A DNA stretch of 64,000 nt. Source: an uncultured delta proteobacterium. GTDB taxonomy: Bacteria > Myxococcota > Kuafuiibacteriia > Kuafuiibacteriales > Kuafuiibacteriaceae. Positions 19,469 to 29,097 of the stretch are shown one piece after another. The translations under genes were made by a program, and so were the position numbers. The number at the start of each line of letters is the position of its first letter. Position 1 is the first letter of the stretch. The notes under the pieces were generated by a model, which saw nothing but the letters and a program-made list of their open reading frames with translations, was not told the DNA's origin and made no database searches. The stretch spans positions 2,848,001 through 2,912,000 of the forward strand of contig CAWDML010000001.1 of assembly GCA_963803435.1 (NCBI GenBank), read 5' to 3'.

Positions 19469-21223
19469 GTGCGCTCGTCCCGACTCCACCCCTGGGTCCG
19501 AACCGCGACCTCCGCCGTTCGTCGCGCGCTCCGCCAGGACGCGCAGCCGCTCCTCCAGCCCGACGTGCCCGCGTCCCGCACCACGCTCCGGAAGCTCCTC
19601 GAGCCCGGCCGGGTGGGGACCACCGCCGTTGGGACCGTGCAGGGCGAGCTCCGCCTGAGCACGCTCGCCTCGGGTCGCGGTCCGCTGGCCGCCAAGACCG
19701 AGAAGCCCGTGCTGGTGGCCGCGAACGGCTCGGGCGTACCGTCGATCTTCACGCTCGATCTGTCGCCCGAGATCGCGAAGGCGCACGCGGGCGAGTGGGT
19801 CGCGGTGCATGGAGAGGTCCACAAGACCAACGAGTTCGGAGGACGGATCGAGAAGGCGCGGCTGACCCCGCCCGAAGACAGGTGGGGTCACGTCGAGATC
19901 GCGCCGAAGGACGTCCACGAGGCGCTCGGTCAGGTGATGCTGGTCGACGGTTATCCGCTGGTGTTCGACGTCGAGAAGAGCCACGGCCAGTGGCTCCACG
20001 ATTCGAGGAGCGGGCGTGACTTCCTCGACATGTTCACGTTCTTCGCCTCGAGGCCGGTCGCGTTCGATCACCCCGGTCTGCTCGATCCCGCCTACCAGAA
20101 GCGCCTCGCCACCGCCGCGCGTATCAAGCCCAGCAACAGCGACATCTACACCACCGAGCTCGCCTCCTTCGTCGACGCCTTCCGCCGCCTCGCGATGCCG
20201 CCGGAGATGGCGCACCTCTTCCTGATCGAGGGCGGCTCGGCCGCGGTCGAGAACGCCTTGAAGGCGGCGTTCGACTGGAAGACCCGGAAGAACCAGGCGG
20301 CGGGGAGCAAGGTCGAGGCCGACGTGGTCATCCACCTCGAGCGGGCCTTCCACGGGCGCGGCGGCTACACGCTGTCGCTGACCAACACCGATCCGAAGAA
20401 GACCAAGCTCTTCCCCAAGCTGACCTGGGAGCGCGTGCGATCGCCGGGGCTCCACTTCCCGATCGACGCCCGTGAGATCGAGCGCGTTCGCGGCGAGGAG
20501 CAGGCGATGTTCCAGCAGCTCGACGAGATCTACCAGCGGATCGGCAAGGAGCGGATCGCGTGCATCGTGGTCGAGCCGATCCAGTCCGAGGGCGGCGACA
20601 ACCACTTCCGCAAGGAGGTGTTCGAGCACCTGCGGAACATCTGCGACACCCGCGACGCCCTGTTGGTCTTCGACGAGGTGCAGACCGGCATGGGCGCGAC
20701 CGGCACCATGTGGTTCAGCGAGCAGACCGGCGTGATGCCGGATCTGATCTCGTTCGCCAAGAAGGCGCAGACCGGCGGCATCATGGCGTCGCGCCGCCTC
20801 GACGAGGTCGAGAACAACGTCTTCAGCGAGTCCTCGCGGATCAACAGCACCTTCGGCGGCAACCTGGTCGACCAGGTGCGCGCCACCCGCTTCCTCGAGA
20901 TCATCCACACCGAGAACCTCCTCGAGAACGTGAAGCAGCAGGGCGCCTATCTGCTCGAGCGCGTGACGGCGTTGGCCGCGGCCCACCCGGACCTCCTGGA
21001 CAGCCCCCGCGGCGAAGGCACCCTCCAGGCGTTCGACGTGCGGACGCCCGAGCTCCGCAACGCGATCATCGCGCTCGCCTACGACGAGGGCCTCCTGGTC
21101 CTCCCCTGCGGCCAGCGCTCGATCCGACTCCGCCCCGCGCTCGACGTGACGCGGGAGGACTGCGCCACGGCCATGGACATGCTCGAACGCGCGGTCAGAC
21201 GCGCGCGCCTCACGGACCGGTGA
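19469..21223 (+). CDS. lat: L-lysine 6-transaminase (class III PLP aminotransferase) with a ~140-aa N-terminal extension
   Basis: LDMFTFFAS, KPSNSDIYT, ENALKAAFDWK, FHGRGGYTLSLTNT, FDEVQTG, SRINSTFGGN; RBS CAGGAGG. Confidence 0.9.
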   Translation: MRSSRLHPWVRTATSAVRRALRQDAQPLLQPDVPASRTTLRKLLEPGRVGTTAVGTVQGELRLSTLASGRGPLAAKTEKPVLVAANGSGVPSIFTLDLSPEIAKAHAGEWVAVHGEVHKTNEFGGRIEKARLTPPEDRWGHVEIAPKDVHEALGQVMLVDGYPLVFDVEKSHGQWLHDSRSGRDFLDMFTFFASRPVAFDHPGLLDPAYQKRLATAARIKPSNSDIYTTELASFVDAFRRLAMPPEMAHLFLIEGGSAAVENALKAAFDWKTRKNQAAGSKVEADVVIHLERAFHGRGGYTLSLTNTDPKKTKLFPKLTWERVRSPGLHFPIDAREIERVRGEEQAMFQQLDEIYQRIGKERIACIVVEPIQSEGGDNHFRKEVFEHLRNICDTRDALLVFDEVQTGMGATGTMWFSEQTGVMPDLISFAKKAQTGGIMASRRLDEVENNVFSESSRINSTFGGNLVDQVRATRFLEIIHTENLLENVKQQGAYLLERVTALAAAHPDLLDSPRGEGTLQAFDVRTPELRNAIIALAYDEGLLVLPCGQRSIRLRPALDVTREDCATAMDMLERAVRRARLTDR

Positions 21224-21298
21224 CCCCGCTCGCGCGCACGCGAGGACGATCAAGGTGAGCATGATCACGGTTGCACCCAATCACGGCCACCTCCGCGC

Positions 21299-22417
21299 TC
21301 AATCAAGGCGCGTGCCGGCCCGGTGCCGCGTCCGGTCAGCTCCCAGTGCTCGTGAGAGCAAGGCCTCGGTGATCTCGCCGGCGGGCGCCGCCTCCAGCGC
21401 GGCCTGCGCGACGGCGGCGCGGATCCGGCCGGGGCTCAAGCCCTCGGCCGCGGGCGCCAGCGACGCCGGATCGAAGCCGCCGGCCAGCGGGAGGTCCTTC
21501 GTGAACCTTCGGAGCAGCTCGGCGCGGGCCTCCAGCGACGGCGGGGGGATCTCGACCGCAGGCCCGAAGCGACCGGAGGCGATCAGGGCGGGATCGACCA
21601 GGTCCGGTCAATCCGTGGTGGCCACCACGGCGATCGCGAGTTTCGACTCGGCGATCGAGGTCATGGCGTCGAGGAGGGAGGAGAGCGCCGCGTCGCCGTC
21701 CCCGCCGCCGCGGGTGCGTGCGAAGACTTCGACACCGTCGATCGCGACGATCACCGGCGCCTGCTTCCGCGCGGCGCCGAACAGATCCCGGAGGCGCACA
21801 GCCCCCGTCCCGCCCGCGCCTCGAAGACACAGCATCGGCACACCCGCCTCCTTCGCGATGGCGTCGAGGAGCATCGACTTGCCGCAGCCGGGCGCGCCCG
21901 TCACCAGGAGCCCGGGCAGATACGCCGAGCGGGCGCGAAGCCCCGCGATCAAGCGCTGCGCCCGCGCAGTGGCCGCCTCGGCGCCGACCAGCGCCGAGAA
22001 ACCGGAGCCTTTCTGAGGGACGGGCTCGAACACCTCGGGCCTCCGCCTCAGGAAAAGGACGGAGAAGAGAACCGAGAAGAACAGGAGCGGCGGTCCAGTA
22101 CGCTCGAGCCACGACGGCTTCACGGACAGCTGAACCGTGACCCCGAAGTCGTCGAGCTGATCGAGGGTGGGACGGTCGATCAGCCCCTGGGTCTGGAAGC
22201 GGCGGCCGTCGTTGGTCGTCAGGACAATCGAGGCCAGCCCGCTCTTCTCGCCGAGCTCGATCTGCGCGCTCTCGAGCGTGCCCGACTCCGCCATCTCCAT
22301 CATCTCGGACATGGTGGTCTTCGCGTTGTCGCGAGGGCGGTCGCCGGCGAGCTGGTAGGCGCCCCAGACCACGAAGAGCAGCAGCAGCGCGATGAGCCCG
22401 AGCCGGGGACCCCTCAC
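21299..22417 (-). pseudogene. FtsH-like membrane AAA ATPase lacking the protease domain; in-frame TGA at 21608-21610
   Basis: 2 TM, Walker A GAPGCGKS, altered Walker B IDGVE; ATTD*PDLVDPALIASGRF continues in frame to TGA 21299. Confidence 0.72.
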
Positions 22418-23868
22418 GGTTCCACCAGCCTGTCGGCACGGGCCCGGTACGCCGCGGCCTCCCGGTCCGGAGCCACGCGTGCCATCAGCTCGAGCGCGTT
22501 CCCCTCGAGGAGATCGAGCGCGCCGAAGCCCCCGGCCTCGTCCTCTGCGCGGAGCGCCTGCACGCACTCGAGACAGCGGGCGAGGTCGGAGAGGCCCTGG
22601 GGCCGCGCGCCCAGGAACTCGGGCGTGGCCAGCAACACGCGCCCGATCAAGAGCCGGGCGCGAGCCTCCACCAGGAGCGGGGCGCCGCCGATCGCGCGGG
22701 CCGTCTCGTACGAGGAGAAGGCGCGGGCCAGATACCCGATCAGCTCGGTGCTCGACTCGAGCTCGCGGAAGTGCTCGCGGACGCGGATCAGCGACAGCGA
22801 GCCCCAGAGCGCCTCCACGAACGGATCCGGAGCCTCGAGCGCCTCCCGGGCATGCTCGAGCACGGGGAGGGCCTCGTCGGGCCGGTTCGCGTGCACCAGC
22901 GCCTCCGCATACATGATCCGAACCTGCAGGTTGGCTTGCGCGCGTCCTCTCAGGCGCCGGAAGAGCTCGACCACCTGGGCGTGATCGCCGACCTGGACCA
23001 GGTGCTCGAACAGCGCGCGCACCGCCTCGACCTCGTCAGTGCGCTGCTCGAAGCGAGCCATCAGCTCGGCCTTGTGCGCCGGTTCACCGCGCGCCTCCCG
23101 GACGCGGCGCGAGAGCGGGCGGAGGAGCCTCTCCCCCCGCTCCGAGCGCATCACACCCTCAATCGCCGGCATCATCGACTCCACCTCCTCGCGGAGTCGG
23201 CGGGCCCTGGCCACGCCGAGGAAGCGGCTGATCGTCTCGCGCCCGCCCTGGAGCACCTCGAGCACGTGGTGCGGATCGCCCTCGCCCAGGATCCGGCTGA
23301 AGAAGTGCGAGACCTCCTCGCGCACCAGATCGCTCATGTGGCGCTCGAGGATCTCGAAACGTTCGAGGACGAGCGCTTCGGTCCCGGCCCCGGCCTCCTC
23401 CACGGCCTGCCTCAGGATCTCGGCCACGCGGACGTCCTCGTAGCCGTAGCGCTTGGTGCGACCGCTCTCGACCGGGCGGAGCAGCTTCGCCTCCTCGTAG
23501 GCCGCGATCCGTTTCTCGGAGAGGCCGCTGCGCTCGGCCAGCTCCTTCCGGGTGAGCGGCTCGAACTGCGCCCGCGCCCCCTGGCCGAACAGATCGCCTG
23601 CCAGGTCGAGGTGCCGGGCCGAGGTCCCCAGCTTGCCCTCCTTCATCACCTGCTTGATCACGGTGAGCGGGAGATAGCTCTCGGTGCGCAGCCGCTTGAT
23701 CAGCTTGAGCTGCTCGACGTGCGTCTCGTCGTAATAGGCCATGTTGCGGCTGGTCTTCTTCGGCCGCCGCAACAAACCCTCTCGAAGGTAGAAGTGGATC
23801 GTCTCCTTGGTGGTCCCCGAACGGCGCGCGAGCTCTGCGATCCGCATGCCTGGGGCGCGGGCGGCCAT
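22414..23868 (-). CDS. Double MerR-HTH regulator with C-terminal TPR-like helical domain
   Basis: MRIAELARRSG..TIHFYLREGLL..YYDE; second HTH ELAERSGLS..YEEAKLL. Confidence 0.82.
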   Translation of the reverse strand: MAARAPGMRIAELARRSGTTKETIHFYLREGLLRRPKKTSRNMAYYDETHVEQLKLIKRLRTESYLPLTVIKQVMKEGKLGTSARHLDLAGDLFGQGARAQFEPLTRKELAERSGLSEKRIAAYEEAKLLRPVESGRTKRYGYEDVRVAEILRQAVEEAGAGTEALVLERFEILERHMSDLVREEVSHFFSRILGEGDPHHVLEVLQGGRETISRFLGVARARRLREEVESMMPAIEGVMRSERGERLLRPLSRRVREARGEPAHKAELMARFEQRTDEVEAVRALFEHLVQVGDHAQVVELFRRLRGRAQANLQVRIMYAEALVHANRPDEALPVLEHAREALEAPDPFVEALWGSLSLIRVREHFRELESSTELIGYLARAFSSYETARAIGGAPLLVEARARLLIGRVLLATPEFLGARPQGLSDLARCLECVQALRAEDEAGGFGALDLLEGNALELMARVAPDREAAAYRARADRLVEP

Positions 23869-23877
23869 CTCCCGCTC

Positions 23878-25410
23878 TCAATACGACAGGCGGTACGCGA
23901 CGTACAGTTGATCCGTGTTCGAGTACCGCTGACCGTAGCTGCCGTCCTTGCCCTCGATCGCCATGCCGCCCAGCATCACCTGATGGGCGTCCGTGATCAT
24001 CCAGCGCACGCTCGGCAGCAGCAGCAGATCGCCGCGCAGGGTCGCCGAGGCGCCCAGCTCGAAGCGGAGATCGCCGTCCAGGATCGAGTAGCGGATGGCG
24101 CCGGCGAAGCCCGGGAAGACCACGGTCCGGTCGCCCGGATCCTCCGGCAGCGCCTGGTCGGCCTCGAAGAAGATCAGCCGATAAGACGAAGGCACGTCGA
24201 AGATGGTGAACGCGAAGAGCTCCAGGATCACCTGGAGCGAGTCACCGTTGAAGTACTCGATCCCGAACACCGCGTCGAGCCACGGGCGGGACTTGGGCTC
24301 GATCGACTGGGTGTAGACCGTGTGCTGGAAGCTGTAGGCGACGTCGAGCTTGAGCACGATCGGATCGAGCGCGAGGACCGCATCGAACCCCAGCACCGAG
24401 CGGCGCAGATACGTGCCCTTGGCGAGCTTGCGACCCGAGTCGACCGCCTCGCGGATCCGCTGGATCGCGTCGAGCACCGGCTGATCCGTCAGCGGGAATG
24501 ACTCCCCGGCGGCCTTCGCCTCGGCGAAGGTGTTGGCGATGAACAGCAGGTCGTCGTCCACCACGATCGCGGGGAGCGTGTCCCAGCCGTAGACGGCGTT
24601 GAGGGAGAGATCGAAGATGCCGCCCAGCGAGAGCGTCGCGCGCCCCGCGACCGTGGCGTTCCCCGGGTGGTCGGAGGGCCGGTCGGTGGCCAAGAGCTCG
24701 TTGCCCAGCTCATCGATCGCCGCGTCGGAGAAGAAGTAGTCGATCGGAAAGTCCGAGCGGAGCGGGAACACGCCGGCCTGGAGCGCCGAAAAGTCCCAGG
24801 CGGCCAGGTGGAAGCGGGAGGCCGTGAAGAACGGCTCCACCACCGCGCGCAGCGTCAGGGGACCGAACGTTCCTGCGCCCTCAATCGCGAGCACCGGGAT
24901 CTTGGCCTCGTCGGAGAAGCCGAGGATGCTCCGCCGGTAGTCGACCGGGTTGAGGACGTCGTTCGGTCCGATGATGTCGCTCGGGCCCCAGCTGAACACG
25001 AGCGCGCCCGCGCGGAGCACGAACGGCCCCTCGGCCCAGCTCACGTAGGCCTCGGGGGTCATCAGGTAGAGGAATTCGCGATCACCGCCTTCGCGGTCGA
25101 TCGCCCCCACCCACTGGAAACTGGGCGCCGCGTAGACCTTGATGCTGTCGGCCAGCTCGAGATCGAGGTCGAGCCGTCCGCCGAGCCAGAGCTCGCCCAC
25201 CTGCTCACCTCTGCGATCGAAGCTAGTGTCGACGGCGATGCGCGTATCGAACCGCATGGCGGCGCGGGCGTGAATGTCCCAGAAGCTCGACGGGCTCTCC
25301 TTCACGGCGGGCGGCGGCGACGGCGGCGTGTCGTCGATGATCACGATCTGATCCTCGGTCGTGGTGGCCGTCGAGGACGTGCCGATCACGAGCGCGAGGA
25401 GAAGATTCAT
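23878..25410 (-). CDS. DUF1302-like outer-membrane protein
   Basis: EAYV..LRAG..SWG..D...NDVLNPVD motif; terminal YRLSY. Confidence 0.72.
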   Translation of the reverse strand: MNLLLALVIGTSSTATTTEDQIVIIDDTPPSPPPAVKESPSSFWDIHARAAMRFDTRIAVDTSFDRRGEQVGELWLGGRLDLDLELADSIKVYAAPSFQWVGAIDREGGDREFLYLMTPEAYVSWAEGPFVLRAGALVFSWGPSDIIGPNDVLNPVDYRRSILGFSDEAKIPVLAIEGAGTFGPLTLRAVVEPFFTASRFHLAAWDFSALQAGVFPLRSDFPIDYFFSDAAIDELGNELLATDRPSDHPGNATVAGRATLSLGGIFDLSLNAVYGWDTLPAIVVDDDLLFIANTFAEAKAAGESFPLTDQPVLDAIQRIREAVDSGRKLAKGTYLRRSVLGFDAVLALDPIVLKLDVAYSFQHTVYTQSIEPKSRPWLDAVFGIEYFNGDSLQVILELFAFTIFDVPSSYRLIFFEADQALPEDPGDRTVVFPGFAGAIRYSILDGDLRFELGASATLRGDLLLLPSVRWMITDAHQVMLGGMAIEGKDGSYGQRYSNTDQLYVAYRLSY

Positions 25411-25422
25411 GTTCGCGGCGGG

Positions 25423-26190
25423 TCAGCGCTCGAGTGCGCGGCGGGTGAGCTCTTCTTCGGGGATGTTCGCCTGGAGATCGACCTGGAGCACCTGAAGCCG
25501 GGTGGATGTGTTCTTGTCCAGCGTCGCCATGACAGCGTCAGTCGCGAGCCAGCGGTCGCTCTTCTTCTCCAGCTTCTTCACGGTGAACCTCTTCTTCACC
25601 GTCTTCTTGTCCTTGTCGAAGAAATCGATCCGCATGGGCACCATGTACTTTTTTTGAACCCAGAAGATCGTCCGGCCGTAGTCTTCGCCGTCTGCGCGCT
25701 TGGGGACACCCTCGATCACGAAGCAGTCCTGACCGCCCACCGACTCGTCCGGGAGACGGTTCCACTCGGCGGCGTCCACCTGCCGGCCGTCGAGATCGGA
25801 GAACGAGAAGTCGGTCCCCATGAAGCTCTTGGTCCGCTGAGAGCCGACCACGCGCTTCACCTTCTTGAACGCAGGCAAATAGATGAACTGCTCGGCCTCG
25901 CTACCGTCCTGCTCCACTGAGAGGAACCGGGTGCCGGCCACGTCGGCCGGGGCCTGGAACTCGACGAACGAGCGGACCACCCCGTCCTTGCGCTTGATCT
26001 TGGTGATGATGCGGCGCGTCCTGCGGACCTTGCCCTCCTTGGAGACCTCGAGCTCGACCTCGGCCCGGGCGTTCGACGCCGAGAAGGTGTTGTTCTCGAG
26101 GGCGCGCGAGGCGATCTCCTTGGCGGTCTCGGCGGCGTGGGCGGGACCGACCGAGAGGAGGAGCACGAGGCTCGGCAGGAGGGGCTTCAT
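25423..26190 (-). CDS. Outer-membrane lipoprotein-sorting (LolA-like) protein
   Basis: PADVAGTRFL, YLPAFKKVKR and SFMGTDFSFSDL. Confidence 0.88.
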   Translation of the reverse strand: MKPLLPSLVLLLSVGPAHAAETAKEIASRALENNTFSASNARAEVELEVSKEGKVRRTRRIITKIKRKDGVVRSFVEFQAPADVAGTRFLSVEQDGSEAEQFIYLPAFKKVKRVVGSQRTKSFMGTDFSFSDLDGRQVDAAEWNRLPDESVGGQDCFVIEGVPKRADGEDYGRTIFWVQKKYMVPMRIDFFDKDKKTVKKRFTVKKLEKKSDRWLATDAVMATLDKNTSTRLQVLQVDLQANIPEEELTRRALER

Positions 26191-27857
26191 CCGTTCTCCT
26201 CTTTATCGTGAGAGGCCGCGTCCAGGTCCACGATATCGTGACCCCCGACATACCGTTTCGTCTTGTATCGGGTGATGTCCCCCAGCTTGCGCACGATCTC
26301 CGCCATTCGCTCGGCCTCGGCGAGCATCGTCTTGAGGGAGGGGGTGGCCGGCGATTCGGGTGCCACCTTGCGCATCGCCAGCTCCGCGTAGCCCATGATC
26401 GAGGTCAGGGGCTGGTTCAGCTCGTGGGCCGCCGCCCCCGCCAGCTCCACCACGGCCGCCTGGCGCTCCGACAGCTGGAGCTTGCGCTGGGCTTGCTGGA
26501 GCTCCTCCTCCATCTGGAGGCGCTCCCGGAGGTCCGAGAAGATCCCGACGGTGGCCACCTCCTTGCCCTGGTCGTAGACGATCCCCGCCGCCAGGTTGAC
26601 CGGTACGGCGTCCGCCTCCTTGGTGATGAGCATGTGCCGCCGCTCCTCGAGGCGCCCCGGCCCGCCGTAGTCGCCCGAGCGGAGCGCCGCCATGATCTTC
26701 TTGGCCACGCCGCCCGGATAGAGCCGCTCGACGTTCATCCCGATGGCCTCCTCGGCGGTATAGCCGGTAATCGCTTCGGCGACGGCGTTGAACACCACGA
26801 TGCTCCCGTTCATGTCGGCCGCCACGATCGCGTCGGCGCTGGCGTCGATCAGATTGACCAGGAAGTCCTTGGTGCGCCGCAGCTCCTCCTCCATCGCGCG
26901 GGTCTCGGTGACGTCGCGGAAGGAGACGATCGCCTCGCCCTCGCCCAGCTTGGGGAGATCGTCGGCCCCGCTCAACGCCGCGGTCGTCAGCGACAGCATG
27001 GCGGTCTCGCCCGAGGCCCGCAGCACCGGCAGGTCGAGGTTCCGCGGGTAGCGTCCCTCGATCACGCCCTCGGTCAACGCGCGAAGCGCCGCCTCGCTGT
27101 CCGGACCGGCGATGTCCGACAGCCGCATCTGACTGACCGCCGCCTCGTCGAAGCCGAGGATCGACTGCGCTGCTCGGTTGGTGAAGAGGATCCGCCCGCT
27201 GCTGTCGATGATCATCAGGCCATCGCCGGCGAAGTCGAAGAAGCGCTGGTACTTCTCGATCTGACGAAGGCGGCGCTCGGCCTTGATCCGATCGCTGAGC
27301 CGCCGCTCGCTCCGGTCCCGCACCACCTCGTAGAGGCGGAGGTTGCGGATCGCGATCGCGGTGGCGTTCGCGACGATGCGCCCGAAGCGAACCTCGCGCG
27401 CGCTCAGCCCGCCGTCGCGGGGCATGGCGCTGCGTAGGAGCAGGACGCCCTGGACATAGCGCTCGATCCGCATGGGAAAGATCACGATGCTCCCGATCCG
27501 CTTGTCCTGGAGGATGTCGCGGACGCGCTCGAGGACCACCGAGTCACCAACGTTGCCGATCACCAGGGGCTCGTGCGTCCGCATCACCTCCTGGATCTCC
27601 GGGTAGGCCTCGATGTCGATCTGAAGGTTCTTGACGGCCGCGTCGTCGGAGGCGGCCACCACGTAGCCGGCGGTCGAGCCCTCGTCGAGGAGGACGATCG
27701 AGCAGCGATCGCACTCGAGCGCCCGCGCCATGCGCTCGGTGATCTCGAGGAGCGCCTGCTCCACGTTGCCCAGGCTGATCAGCGATTCGGATAGACCCAG
27801 GAGAGCGTCCAGGTCCGACTCCACCAGCTCGAGCTCGCGACGATCGGGTTCGGTCAT
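26187..27857 (-). CDS. GAF-PAS-PAS-HisKA phosphoacceptor protein without HATPase domain
   Basis: GAF (YPEI), two PAS domains, H-box AAAHELNQPLTSIMG; ends about 60 aa after the His; start at ATG 27857. Confidence 0.85.
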   Translation of the reverse strand: MTEPDRRELELVESDLDALLGLSESLISLGNVEQALLEITERMARALECDRCSIVLLDEGSTAGYVVAASDDAAVKNLQIDIEAYPEIQEVMRTHEPLVIGNVGDSVVLERVRDILQDKRIGSIVIFPMRIERYVQGVLLLRSAMPRDGGLSAREVRFGRIVANATAIAIRNLRLYEVVRDRSERRLSDRIKAERRLRQIEKYQRFFDFAGDGLMIIDSSGRILFTNRAAQSILGFDEAAVSQMRLSDIAGPDSEAALRALTEGVIEGRYPRNLDLPVLRASGETAMLSLTTAALSGADDLPKLGEGEAIVSFRDVTETRAMEEELRRTKDFLVNLIDASADAIVAADMNGSIVVFNAVAEAITGYTAEEAIGMNVERLYPGGVAKKIMAALRSGDYGGPGRLEERRHMLITKEADAVPVNLAAGIVYDQGKEVATVGIFSDLRERLQMEEELQQAQRKLQLSERQAAVVELAGAAAHELNQPLTSIMGYAELAMRKVAPESPATPSLKTMLAEAERMAEIVRKLGDITRYKTKRYVGGHDIVDLDAASHDKEENG

Positions 27858-27891
27858 CGCTTCGGGCCCGGAAGGTAGAGCCGCCGACCGG

Positions 27892-29097
27892 TCAAGTCCA
27901 GGCCGCCTCCAGCGCTGCTTCGTACACCAGGCGGATCGGCACCTTCGCCTCCCGCGCCAGCCGCTCGCAGTCCTCGTGCTCCGGCACGATCTGAGGCCCG
28001 CTCGGCCGATCCGCGACTTTGACGCGAACCGGACCAAAGCGTGTGTTCACCGTCTCCACCCGGCGCGCGATCCTGAGCCGCTCCACGTCATGCACGCGCA
28101 CGCCGAGGGTCGTGCTGTGATCGAAGAACACGTTCGCGATGGCCTCCTTGATCGTGTGCTGCACCAGCGCCGAGACCAGCGTTCCCTGGCGGCCCTTCTT
28201 CATCTGGATCGGGCGCGACCAGACGTCGATCGCCCCGGCCTCGAACAGCGCCCGCTCGAGGGCGCCGAAGTGCTCCGGGTTCATGTCGTCGAGGTTCGAC
28301 TCGATCACCACCTCGGTGCTGGTGCTCCACGCGCCCCGCGGCGCGCGCACGCCCAGGATCGCCCGGACCACGTTGGGCCGATCCGGCCACGACCGATGGC
28401 CCGCTCCCACACCGACGCGTTCGAGCGTCAGGCTCGGGAGCGCGCCATAACGATCGGCGAGGGCCGCGATCAGCGCGGCGCCGGTGGGCGTCACCAGCTC
28501 GCCGTCGAGGGCGGTCTCCTGGAGCGGCGCACCTGTGAGGATCTGGAGCACCGCCGGCCCCGGCAGCGGGATAGGCCCGTGACCACCCTGGGTGAGCCCG
28601 CGGGCCATCGGCACCGGCGAGACCACGACCTCGTCAATCGCGAGGGCGTCGATCGCGATCGCGACGCCGACGATGTCGGTGATCGCGTCGTCGGCGCCGA
28701 CCTCGTGGAAGACGACGTCGTCGATCGCGACGCCGTGCGCCGCCGACTCTGCCTTGGCCAGCACGAGGAAGGCCTCGAGCGCGATCGTCCGGGCGCGCGC
28801 CGGGAGCGCGGCCGCCTGGATCATTCCTCGCACCACCGAATAGGGCCGGTGGGCGTGGTGATCGTGCGCGTGCCCGTGCTCCGTGTCGGCTGGCCGACCC
28901 CCGATCAAGACGTCGATCTGCTTGGCGCGAAGCCCCGCGGAATGCGCGGGCACCTCCACGATCGAGACGTCGGCGAGCCCGAGCGACGCCACCGCCTCCC
29001 GCACACGATCCAGCGGGGCGCCCGCGTCGACCAGCGCCGCCAGGATCATGTCGCCGGCCGCGCCGCCTACCAGGTCGAGGTAGAGGACGCGGCTCAC
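27892..29097 (-). CDS. larC: Nickel-pincer cofactor nickel insertase LarC
   Basis: GAAGDMILAALVD, His-rich HGHAHDHHAH, FHEVGADD, GELVTPTGAA, MKKGR, TTLGVR, PEHED. Confidence 0.95.
   Translation of the reverse strand: MSRVLYLDLVGGAAGDMILAALVDAGAPLDRVREAVASLGLADVSIVEVPAHSAGLRAKQIDVLIGGRPADTEHGHAHDHHAHRPYSVVRGMIQAAALPARARTIALEAFLVLAKAESAAHGVAIDDVVFHEVGADDAITDIVGVAIAIDALAIDEVVVSPVPMARGLTQGGHGPIPLPGPAVLQILTGAPLQETALDGELVTPTGAALIAALADRYGALPSLTLERVGVGAGHRSWPDRPNVVRAILGVRAPRGAWSTSTEVVIESNLDDMNPEHFGALERALFEAGAIDVWSRPIQMKKGRQGTLVSALVQHTIKEAIANVFFDHSTTLGVRVHDVERLRIARRVETVNTRFGPVRVKVADRPSGPQIVPEHEDCERLAREAKVPIRLVYEAALEAAWT

Noticed and set aside
21608-21610. Selenocysteine UGA
   Set aside because: The position corresponds to Arg in ATNRPD (CGA to TGA), not to a catalytic Cys
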